Shown here in pieces: positions 26,977-38,300 of a stretch of 64,000 nucleotides of DNA (the first letter of the stretch is position 1; every line of letters starts with the position of its first letter). The notes below the pieces were generated by a model. The model was not told the origin of the DNA and ran no database searches. It saw only the letters and a program-made list of their open reading frames with translations. A program made the translations under genes and the position numbers. The stretch comes from Lama guanicoe (Eukaryota), in assembly GCA_013239625.1 (NCBI GenBank), contig MU054400.1, positions 2,143,345 through 2,207,344 of the forward strand, in the 5' to 3' direction.

Positions 26977-28150
26977 CTGAAAGGAGAAAATAGCGAGTCA
27001 GGTCGTCACTCCAGAAATTTCGGAGCGCCTGGCTCCCCGAGAGGAAGCGCGATGCCCGCGGCGGGGAGGGGACGGCGGCACCTGTCACTCGGCGGCCCCG
27101 CGACCACGGTCACCCCCGGCCCCGACCCCCGTGGGGTCTGGGGAGGCGCCGGCACGGCCCGGACGCAGGGGCCTGGGGTCGCGCGGGTCTCTCTCCGCCG
27201 CCCCGAGCCCGGCGCCGAGCGTCGGGGCTGCGGCCCTTCCCGAGGAGCGGCCCTCCCGCGCACTCTGCCCAGCGGCTCCGGCCAGTGGGCCCGTCGCCTC
27301 AGGCCGAGTCCCCAACCGCCGAGCCCGGGGCGCACGGAGCGGCGCGGCCAAGCCGCCACCACCGCCTCAGGGGCGCCGGAGCGGACCCTCGGGAGGCAGC
27401 TCGCCCTCCGCGTACTCACCGGGCCTCCCCGGCCGCCGGCTCGGCCCTCCTCACCCTCCTCCCCCCGTCGCCGCCGCCGCTCCGCGGCTCTCGGGGCGGC
27501 CGCACTGGGCGTTGGGACTGGGCTGGGTCAAGGGGCGGGGGCGGACTCGCGCCGGGCGGGGGTCGCGCGGCGTCCTGTGAACGGGCGCCGGGCACTAACG
27601 GGCTCCGGAGCGCCGGGCCGGGCGGACCGCGGCGAGGAGCGCGGCTGCGGGCTGCGGTGAGGGGCGGGGAAAGCGCAGCTGCGGGACGAGGGCGGGAGGG
27701 AAGTCCCGCCGGAGGGGGCGGTGTGAGAGCCGCGGGGCGGGGCGGGGCGGGGCGGGGCCTGGCGCGCCCGCCTCCGCGCGCGGGGATTTGTTTATTTTCT
27801 CGGTTGGTTGCGGCGCTGGCGCGTGGGTAGAGGTTCGCCCGTGACGTGAGCGCCCGGAGTTAGGGGAGAGGGCCAGAACCACCTGCTGGAGAAGGGGAGC
27901 TACGGGGGCCGGGCAGGGTCCAAACGTCTCACGTAGGCGGAGGCGCCGCGGTCTTTGGGGTTACCGGGAAGAGAAGGGCTTTCCCGGAGAGGGTGAAAAG
28001 AGCCAGGCCTCCCAAGAGAAGTGGAGTCCAGGCCATTCCCCCGCGGTTGGGCGGTTTCACCTACATCGCGGAGAGCAGTTAGAAGGCCCTGAACTGGATA
28101 AGGGCTGTGGAACCTGGGGGTCCGAATTCCCAGCCTTCGGAGCTCGATCT
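26950..28150. promoter_or_regulatory. CpG island / TATA-less GKAP1 promoter with multiple Sp/KLF GC boxes and a CRE/E-box-like GTGACGTG (27841-27848)
   Basis: Abrupt GC- and CpG-rich segment in an otherwise AT-rich window; GGGGCGGGG at ~27533, 27661 and 27734-27758. Confidence 0.92.
27420..27510 (-). other. GKAP1: Probable GKAP1 non-coding exon 1 (TSS approximate)
   Basis: CCG|gtgagt donor at 27418-27419 inside the CpG island, with GC boxes immediately upstream (27533-27545). Confidence 0.65.
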
Positions 28151-29416
28151 CCCGTTAGTGAAGTAGGGATGGTCCTGCAAATCAAGATTGGAATAGAAAG
28201 ACTGCATCACATCTCTGTAAGGAAATAACATTGCCCAGTTCTCTGTAGTTACAGCACTTTGACATTATCTCCCTTGGTGCTCTATCAGGTAGTAGGAGTC
28301 TCATTTTACAAGCCAAGTTAAGTGACTTAAAGCCTCACAGCTAATAAATGCCAGAGCCGGAACCCTAACGTCCGGACTTCAAATTCTGTGCTGCTTACCG
28401 CTGCATCACATTATCTCCCTAAATCACTTTGATTCATCTAATAGTAGACGCCCCCTAGGTAAGGTGCTGCAGGGTTACAGAGGGGGAGTTGAAGATGTTA
28501 TCCTCGTCTTCAGAGTAAGGAATAAAACAAGGATAAAGCAATTATAATAAAAAACAAACTATGATAGGTGCCATGTGGAAAATACAGAGTACAGCAGATC
28601 ACGGAACTGCTCAGACCTGTCTGGAAGATCAGGAAAGAAAGGCAGTTGAGAAGGAGGAGGCATTAGGGATTGACCCTGAAGGAGATGGGATAGTTTTATA
28701 GCCAGAAGAGGTAGCATGAGAACATATATGAAGAATCAGTGAAAGTCGTGTTCAGGAAAAGCAAATGGTAAGACTCTAGAGCATGTTGAGAAGTGGAGAC
28801 ACAGAGGAGAATGGGGCCTGAAATGCCAGGTGGAAGAATTTGTATTTGTAACAAAAGTTTGGGGAAAGAAAAGCAAGGCTTTTCTTTGATCTCTCTGTGA
28901 GTGGACACAGAAATTAGAGGGAAAATGGTCAGACATCTGCAATAAGCCAGATGAAAGGTAATGGTGAGTCTCAGCTAAAGGTAAGGCAGAAGGAATTTAA
29001 AAGAACTTGACTGAAAGATGATATGGAAGCAGAATCTACAGAATTTGGCAATTAATTGGTTTTCCAGTAAGAGAGAATAGCCTGAGAACATATCTGAAGG
29101 TTAGTCGATGAAGGGGGAAGAGAAAAATCAAAGACAGTGAGAGTTTTGAGTTTGGAGATAACTGTAAAAGACAGAAAAAAAGACAGTTAGAGATAGGAAC
29201 TGCTTTAGGAGAGATCAGTTTAGATTTGAACATTTTAAGGCTTTGAAAGATTTCCTAGACAGCCAGACAGAGGTGGACACTAAGAACTTAGATGTAAAGG
29301 CTTTGAATTATGGGAAAGAGGGTTGAACTAGAAAAGAGATCGGGAAGTTATCAGCCTAGCAGTGATATCACTGTGAGAGAAAAGAAGAAAACAGAGGGCA
29401 GAATCTTGAAGATATT

Positions 29417-29590
29417 CAGAACCTTGCTATGCAGAATGTGGTCAATGGCCCAGCAGCACTGGTGTCACCAGGGAGTTGGTTGGAAAGGTGGAATCTCAGC
29501 CCTCCCCACCCTAGACCTGCTGAATCAGCACCTTAAATTTAACAAGAACCCCAGATGATTTGTATCACATTAAAGTTCAAGAAACTCAGA
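29417..29590. mobile_element. MER5A hAT MITE
   Basis: ccagcagcactggtgtcaccagggag...agacctgctgaatcag...tttaacaagaaccccagatgatt. Confidence 0.8.
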
Positions 29591-29994
29591 CCTGAATGAG
29601 AAAGAAGGGATCTAATCTAGATGGAGAAGTCAGCAAAGAAAGAGAGAAGGAAGTGGAAGAAGCAGGGCAATGCAGAATCGGCAAAGCAAGATAAATTGGG
29701 AGTTTCACAAAGACAGGAGCAGGATATCCAAAACCACAGAGGTCAAAAAGTGCAAGGAAAGAAGGTATGTTTGAATTTTGTGATTAGGTGGTGTGGTCAT
29801 TGTGCCCACGTTGTTCTAATTGAAAGCTTGGAGATTGCCCCTTTGTGATTGGGGACAGCCTAGAAATATAATCCCTCCAGTCCCCACATACATGGGCCAT
29901 ATTGAAGTAGGTGTGTGGATTTGACAGCGGGACAAAGTAGAAGTTCTTTACTAGTTGCTTCTGTTTTCTCAGTGAAAGAAGATCATTTGGAGAA

Positions 29995-30372
29995 AATGCT
30001 AATTGTCCATCACAGTGTATTCTCCCCTTTCTGGGCACACAGACTATTTTTCTCAGCCTTTCTTTCAGTTAGCAATGGTCAAATGTGAAGTTACTGCTGG
30101 TGGAATGTGAGCAGAAATGATGTTCGTCACTGCCGGGCCAGCATGCCTCCTTCATGCATTTTTCCTTTCTGACAGCTGGATTATAGATGACTACAAGCCC
30201 CTGGGGTTGGCAGAACCACAAGAAAGAAGGTGCATGGATGCAGGAGAGCTGCCCACTGACCTGGTTCACCCATTCTGCATTATTATGTGAGCAAGATATA
30301 AATTTCTATTGAGCGAGAGCCATAACAGTTGTGTTTATTTGTTATAGCAGTTTAGTCTACTCTGGCTAATGT
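29995..30372 (+). mobile_element. MaLR LTR (MLT1J-like)
   Basis: tgctaattgtcc...gtggaatgtgagcagaaatgatg...tttgttatagcagtttagtctactctggctaat. Confidence 0.7.
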
Positions 30373-31854
30373 AGTTATTAACTGAAAGTAATGAGGGGGG
30401 GAGTTTGGAAGGGGGAGGGACGGAGGAAGAGAGGTGAAATAATAGTCTGTGAGTGCGGGAGAGGGAATTGACTAGGAAAACATGGAAAGGTTTGCAGACA
30501 CTACTAAGGGCCCACCTGAGTGAGTGGTCATGAATTTACAGTGAAATCAGTCAATATGGTTGTGCATTTTTCTTCAGCTATATTTAGTTGCTTATGAGCA
30601 GGCACTGAGTAGGTAGTTTAGGATTACCCAGGACTGAGATTTGGCTGGGCGAGTATGATGGGGAGAGATGGGCAAAGTAGTTGAGGGTAGATGCAAAGGA
30701 GACATTATAATTTCAGATCTAGTAAAAAGGAAGGCTTTGAGAGGGGTAGGGAACTGTGAAAAGATGACAGGGTGAATAGAATGGTGTTTCTCATCAGGTT
30801 GAAGAATTGTTGGAGTTTAGGTACCATAGAGAATGACCTGAAAAGAGAGGAAATGGGTTGGAGAGTAGCAGGCTTGAAATTAAAATTGGAAGAAGGTCAG
30901 TAATGTCAAGGTGGAAGGAATGGACGTGACAGTGGGTACCTAAGATAGCACAGGCAAAGATCGTTCAAACAGAGGTGGTCCAGGAGTTGAGAGGCAGTAA
31001 GTGTTTGAAAGATATATCTATGTCTATATATTTACTTTGCAAAGAATTATCCACCAAAGTGACACTAGAGTTGGTGCAGTGAGTAGCTGTGGTGAGAGTG
31101 ATAATGAGCCTGGTGCTAAAATCTTCAAAGAATGAGGAGCTGAATTCTCTGAATTAAGGTGTTCAAAGTCATCGGTGATTTAAGATGTTAAAGTCTTGCA
31201 GTTATCATGTTTCATTTAAACAGACGTTCTAAAGTTTTGTGTTACTAATGTGGGATTCTAATTGCTTCTCTTTGACCTCTCAGATTACAGATGGTTACTG
31301 CTTCTTTAAGAGGAAATGCCCATCTGTCCGTATTATAAAACACACACATGCCAGGATTCCCAGTTTAAATGTCTGTGCTTTAAAATTTGTCATTAAAGAG
31401 TCTCTTCTACCTCCAACGTGTATCCTCAAATAGGTATATTAACAGTGATACTAGCCTTGCCACATCAAATAATGTGCTGTACATGTTCAAAATCTACATG
31501 GAGAACCACAGGTATTGCTTAAGTTAACAGAAAATAGGGATTGACTAGAGACCTGACAAATTAAAAATAACAAGAGAACCTGTAGTTTAGGAGATGATGC
31601 ACCACGGTATTATATAGCATAGGGGCTCTGGAGTCAGACTGCTGGGAGGTAAGCACATCACCCATCTCATGGGGTTATTGAGGATAAAATACGTAATACA
31701 TATAATAAATGTAAAGCATTTACAAGACTGTTTAGCACATATAAGCACTCACTAAAAGGTGTATTATTGTACTTCTATCTAATTCTTATGGAACTGCCTA
31801 TAGCTAGGACTTCTCCTACTTAGAAAATATGTTCATTACATCTATATAGATGGT

Positions 31855-32930
31855 ACGGAGACTTCTGGTTAAACGTGGTGCATTGACCACATGTTTTTCT
31901 CCACTCACTCCAGATACCTCATTAAAATGACAGGGAAGGGATAAAAATATAAACCCATAAAGGCAAAGCGAACAGGAAAAGAGATCTTCTGCTGAGAAAG
32001 ATGTCAGCAAACCTGGGAACATGGAAAGCAGATGCATGAGTGATAACTAATGTACCCAAACTGAGAAATTTAATACATAAGCTTTTGGGAGGAGGTAGAG
32101 CCAACCAGAGTGAACCTTTTCAAGTCCCAGGCCCTGGAAAGGCTCTGAAACTACAGCTGCCACACCTTAAATGAGAATGTATTATGAAAGTTTTATGAAG
32201 AACAGTGGGATCCTACCTTCCCCCAATCCCTACCCCATTCCCTCCTGCCTTAGTTCAGCAGATAGGAAGTTTACTTTCTGAAGAATCTGACTCAGAGCTC
32301 CTCTGGACACCAGGCAGAGCTGAGGACAGGGATGACTCACTCCACAGAAAAACAGAATTAAATGAAGTTGTGCATATTGAATTATGAGACATCCCCACCA
32401 GCTTCATTCCCAAATTCGGATTCTAGAATGCTGGGATCCCATCAGGAAATTGGCAGCTTCCTCTGGGGGGAAAAATTGGCTGGTCCAAGAGAAAAAACAT
32501 TGACAGTTGGAGGGTTCTATAATGGAGAATGTGGCTTGTAACCTATCTTTTTACAGTGAAGCCCAACAATGGACAAGCCCTGCTCTTGCCAACAGAGGAT
32601 CCCATCAACTTTTAATCATTTCATTCTTAAATGTGGGTGAACAGTTAGAGGATCTCCAGATATTTGAAGAAACCCCCTTACATGAAAGAGCCTGAAATGA
32701 ACAAACAGAAAAAAGGAAAAAAGAAAAGAAAAAGGCAGAGAGAGTGGAAGGGAAGGAAGGAAAGGAGGGACAGAGAGAGGAAGGAAGGAATAAAGGAAAA
32801 AAAGAAGAAAAAACAAAAGAAACAGAGGAAATAGAGCCAATGCTGGGAGCAAGAAAAAGATGTCAAAATGAAAAAAATTTTAACTTGCATATGCTCAGGA
32901 ACCTTCTGGAGGGAGGTACCTCATCAAAAT
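31855..32930 (+). mobile_element. Old L1ME-type 5' region fragment with purine-rich expansion (32700-32830)
   Basis: Begins acttctggttaaacgtgg; contains aacagttagaggatctccagatatttgaagaaa. Confidence 0.45.
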
Positions 32931-33504
32931 AAGGGTGTAAAACAAGAAACAGAAACACATGGAGCCTAGTAAATGGTCAAAGTTACCATCAGTCTTTCCT
33001 CAACAGATTATATGCTCCTTAATGCATGGGTCTGTGATTTATTAAACTATGTTTCCTTTGGCATTCGGCACTTAGCATAAGACCCAGTACATAAAAATTT
33101 ATTGAATAAATTAGCTTTCTCTGCATTTCCATTAATCTTTAAAATACATAGCATTGAGAAATATACAGAGAGTACCCTCACGATACAGAGAGACAGGGTG
33201 CTCCTTTTGTGTTTTACTTAAGTAGGAAAAATACATGTGAAAGACCTGAGAGTATAGACTACAGAAGCCAAATTACCTGGCTGTGCTCTGTGCTCTTACC
33301 ACTCTTCACCTGGCAACAAAACAGAAATAATTCTTGAAGGAATAATCTTAAAATAATAAGCTAAAATTTATCATTGCCACTAACAACAACAAGAAGTTGC
33401 ACTTCTGCTTATTAAGTCAGTTTGTATGGGTAAACATTACCTATTCCTCGATTTATGGTATGGTGTGTTTCTAACCTAAAATTACTGTCCACCAAAACCA
33501 AATT

Positions 33505-35302
33505 GTGATCAATAAACAAAAATTAGTTTTATTTCTCTACACTAGCAGTGAACAATCTGAAAATGAAATTAAGAAAACAAGTCCACTTGCAATAGCATCA
33601 AAAGAAAAAATATTTAGGAATAAATTTCAAAGAAGCATAAGACTTGTACACTGAAAACTACAAAACAGGGTTAAAAGAAATTAAGATCTAAATTAATGAA
33701 AGATTGTCCATGTTTATGGACTGGAAAGCTTAATATTGTTAAGATGGCAATAGTCTCCAAATATAGCTATAGAGCCAATATAATTCCTATCAAAATTTCA
33801 GCCGGAGTTTTTGCATGGATGGATAAGCTGTTCCTGAAATTCATATTCAAGCTAAAGGGAACTCAAATAGCCAAATCAATATTGAAAAAGAACAAAGCTG
33901 GTATACTGACACTCCACAACTTCAAAATTTACTACAGAGCTACAGTAATCAAGTGTGGTACTGGCATAAGGACAGACATAAATCAATGGAATAGAATCAA
34001 GAGTCCATAAACAAACCCAAACATCTGTGGTCAATTAGTTTCCAACGTAGGTGCCAAGACAACTCAATAAGGAAAAGACAGTTGTTTTTTCAATAGGTGG
34101 TGCTGAGACAACTTGATTTCCACACACAAAAGAATAACGTTGGACCCCTACCTCACATTATATACAAAACTTAATTCAAAATGGACTCAAGACATAAACG
34201 TTAAGAGCTAAACCAATGAAACTCTTAACACGTAAGATAGATATAAATCTGTATGATATTGGATTAGGCAATGGTTTCTAAGATATGAGAACTAAAGCAA
34301 ACAACCAAAAGAAAATATTTATACTGGACTTCATCAAAAGTAAAACTTCTGCAATGCAAAGGACACCATCACAAAAGTGAAAAGACAACACAGAATGGGA
34401 GAAAATATCTGCAAATCATACATCTGATAAGGGATTTGTATCTAGAATATATAAAGAACTCTTACAATTCAACATTGAAAAGACAAATACCTCAATTTTA
34501 AACTGGCAAAAGATTTGAATAGCCATTAATCCAGTGAAGATAAACAAATGGCCAATAACACATGAAATTAGTAATTGAGAAAATATAACTCAAAACCACA
34601 ATGAGATACCACTTTACATATCCTAGGATGAGCATAATCAAAAAGACAGACAATAACAAGTGTTGACAAGGATGTAGAGTAACTGGAACCCCCATACACT
34701 ACTGATGAGAATGTAAAATGGTGCAGCTGCTGTGGAAAACAGTTTGAGAGTTTCTCCAAAAGTTAAACGTTGACTTATCATATGACTCAGAAATTCCACT
34801 CTTAGGCAGAATTGAAACATGTTCACACAAAAACTTGTACACAGATATTTATAGCATTCCATAGCATGGTTATTCATCATAGCCCCAAAGTAGAAATAAT
34901 CCAAATGTCCATCAACTCATGAATGGATAAACAATGGATTATTATTCAGCCATAAAAAAGAATGAAATACTGTTACATGCTATATGAATGAATCTTGAAA
35001 ACATTATTGTAAGGAAAAGAAGCCATATAGTATAAGATATATGCTGTATGATACCCATCTATATGAAGTGTCAAAAGTAGGCAATTCCATAGAGACAGAG
35101 AGTAGATTAGTGGTTGCCAGGGGATGGGGGAAAGCTGAAATTGAGACTGATTGCTAATAGGGACAGAGTTTCTTTTTGGTGTGATGAAAATGTTCTGGAA
35201 TTAGTGATCGCACAACACAGTGAATATACTAAAAACTACTGAATTGTGCACTTTAAGATGGTAAATTTTATGTTATGTGAATTATATCTCAATTTAAAAA
35301 AA
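33505..35302 (+). mobile_element. 5'-truncated L1 (L1MB-like): degraded ORF2 C-terminal part plus 3'UTR and A-tail
   Basis: ORF 33696..34010 (CLWTGKLNIVKMAI...PIKI...LKKNKAG...FKIYYRATVIK...INQWNRI) is L1 ORF2-like with frameshifts. Ends tgttatgtgaattatatctcaatttaaaaaa. Possible degenerate TSD aattgtgatc (33501-10) / aaatgtgatc (35311-20). Confidence 0.92.
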
Positions 35303-38300
35303 TTTAAGTGAAATGTGATCCTAAATCTGAAATAAATCCTAAGCAATTCTATAGATCAAAACAGTAGATCTAGAGCAGTTTCCTGTTTATGGAAGGACAA
35401 AATGGCTCGGCAAAATCAGTCAGTGCTCTTCCCCTCCCATAAAAACTAGCTGGATGTGATTTCTGTGTTCAGATGCAATTTATGATAAGTTGCCCCCTTT
35501 GCGAATACATGCATTGAGTTCATTGAAAAGCAATTTTTGTCAGTGAGTTTACATCTAGTTTTTCCAGTTTTGTGCATGTTTGCCTAGCTCAGAAACATAT
35601 TTCCATCTAAAAAGAGCATCCTTGATATTCTATCCCCTTACCCTGCTGTATTTTCTCCATAGTACCTATCACTGAAATAGTAAGTTCCTTGAGTGACAGG
35701 GCTTTTAGTTCTCAGCTCAATCCTCAATAATAAAAGGTTAATAGAAAACGTAAAGCAGGAAAAATGCCTATAAATTATCTACAGAAAATTTCTATCTGTT
35801 GTCTATAGATGCCATCTTTGTGATGTCTTCAGAATACGAGTAACTTTAGTTACCATCTCACCCTTTGAAAGAGGCACAGATTCTTCCCTCTCTAAGAACT
35901 AAACCCCAGGGCACTGGCCTGGTTCTGAAGGGTACTTTGGTTTGTGGTAGCCTGGCCAACTAAACTCACGTAATCAGGTCCTTACATCTAGTTTCCCTCC
36001 TCAGAGAATAGTGAAATAGTGAACTCTGTAATAAACCTAAGAGGCCCTCAGTACCACTGAAGGTGACTCTTCCAGGAAGAGTGTATATGTTAGTATTCTT
36101 CTCTGATTTATTTGTTCACAATCCGCTAGAATACTTCTGATTGTAGGTTCCATCACTCTTAAAGTCTTGGCTTTCTCTTTGATTACTTGGCTGCACAGGT
36201 CATGGGTGCTTTGATCTAAACAGAGGTAATATATTCCTTAACATTGGCAGACACTTGCAAACTAAGGGGAATGATCTTCCCTCAAGAGTACTTATAAAGG
36301 AGACCATCATGGTAATGTTGGATTTAATTCTAATATTCTTCTTGTATACAGTACCTAAGAGTACTCAATGCCAAACAAAGCCTGACTTTGCTGTTAATTT
36401 GATCACACACCTATACATGTACCAAAAAAATAACTGTTACAGTTTCCTTGAATGAAAAACTGAGTTTAAAATATCTTTGTGATTACCAAATGGAGGAAAC
36501 CAGACGTCTCAGTTATAAGAAAAGTTATTTTCTAGCCAGAGTTCATCAATAATTCAAAATTGCAACTATTACTAAAGAAATAAGTAACAAAGACCCAAAA
36601 ACTGGTGGTTAAAAACCCAGTAAAAATATATTTTTTGTTCATAAATCAAAGAAATGAAGTACTTCTTATGCCTATAAAAAGACTCGCCACATCTTTAAAA
36701 TATTTTCTTGTGAGAATAGAATTCATATGAAACTTTCCAAAGAATAGTTATTTCTACTGTTGCTAACATATATAACTAAAACTCTGAGAATTTGTTTAAA
36801 AATGTGTTATGATATATATAAAGTAAGCAACCACATTTGTGCTAAAAAGTTATCCCAATTTTGACAGCCAACTCTATAGAAAAACCTACATATAGTAAAA
36901 ATAGCAGTTTCACTTCCAATTAATTTCTTAAATAATTACTTTGAATTGCATTTGAAAAACAAGATTTTGACTTTAAATGCTTTTTATTTTAAAAGAAAAG
37001 GCTGTTTGGTGTTTTAGAAAGTATTATTTAATGTATTCCATCAGTAAGATTATAACCTGGGTCACTTAGATCATGTTCTGGTCATGTCTTATAGCCAGTG
37101 ACACCTGGTCCTGGCTGGGGAAATGTCTAGTGAAACAGATCGGCTTAGTTCCAGGCTTTGAATGGAACAATTCAAATTCTGCCCAACCTCCAGCTGATGG
37201 GAATTTCAAAAGAAGACTGGCACCTCAGTAAAAAAAAGTACCTTGCCCTGTTCCCTACCTAGAAAAAAAATCATGCTAGAATGTAACAGCAAAAACCTTC
37301 GACAATTTTAATATTTATATATTATCAAAATTATAAAATCAGTTGAATTAAGATTAAGTCCTCACTCCTTTTCATGGTGGATAGTGAAATACCACTGCAG
37401 GCCACAAACAAAAATGAATAACATCAATTCAGCCTCTCAAGGCAGGCCAGTAGCTGCTGGTTTGTAATTATGAATGCAAGTCTTTTATCCAGAGATGTTT
37501 TCAGTAGAAAAATTCAGGGATATTTTAGCAGAGAGAAAAACTAAGCAAAATGGTTAAGTATTGTTTTATAAAGATAAATCCTGTCAATTCTGTCTACAGT
37601 GTTTGTTTTGGCACATATTCATGGCTCTTCACTAGTAAAAATCACTAAAGTCCTATTCTTCAGTTGATGTTATAGCTGTTGGAATTTATCCAAAACTACT
37701 GTTTCTTGTAATTCCCTATTGAATGGCTCCACAATTTCCATTTAAATTCTGTTTAGGGTGGCTTCTTTTCATATAGTCCTCAATAGTCATCATAGGAAGA
37801 GAAATCAGTATAAAAACTGGGTTGTATATTTTCAAATGGCAAATTCAGTACTAACTAGGAGTATTCTTTAGGGTTTAGAGAAAGCCAAAGATTTAAGTTA
37901 AGTTGCAGTGTTGTTGCAAGAGAAATAGAATTATATTCTCTCAAAATATTTTTGAAAATCCCTTGCTGGTCTATGGAACGCTTTAAAATAAACCTCTTTT
38001 TCTCCTGTTTTTATCAGAGCTATTTGAATCTTGGAACACTGTGGGGAGTGAGAGGTAAGCAAGCTATAATTTGCCTATAATTTGATTTTGTTACTTGGGG
38101 CAGGGTCCAAGAAGTGGTTCTTTTAAGAGACCCCGTAGATCAAATAAATTCTACTAATATTTACTATTTTGGACTTGAAAAATTGTACCTTGCTTTGTAT
38201 ATACTGTAATAAGCTTAAAACCACAATACAGTATGCAAATACTATTTCAAGATACATTTCTTTTATTTTACTTTAATTACACAAGCATTAACTAATAAGT

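Larger units (their letters stand above)
28430..31140 (-). mobile_element. Long degraded L2 LINE containing nested MER5A and MLT1 insertions
   Basis: Purine-rich antisense L2 motifs (gatcagtttagatttgaacat, ttcaaagaatgagg) interrupted at 29417 and 29995. Confidence 0.6.

Noticed and set aside
26900..27882. Cluster of long overlapping ORFs (up to 235 aa) on both strands
   Set aside because: Expected from stop-codon scarcity in a GC-rich CpG island; low-complexity P/R/G/A content and mostly non-ATG starts.
27959..27973. GTTACCGGGAAG near the promoter as a possible X-box
   Set aside because: Only one half-site matches; much weaker than the site at 47335.
32616..32932. Hydrophobic F/L/S-rich and K/E-rich ORFs
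   Set aside because: Translations of a purine-rich simple-repeat expansion.
33696..34904. ORFs resembling reverse transcriptase/ORF2 protein
   Set aside because: Frameshifted pieces of a 5'-truncated old L1, not an active element or a host gene.
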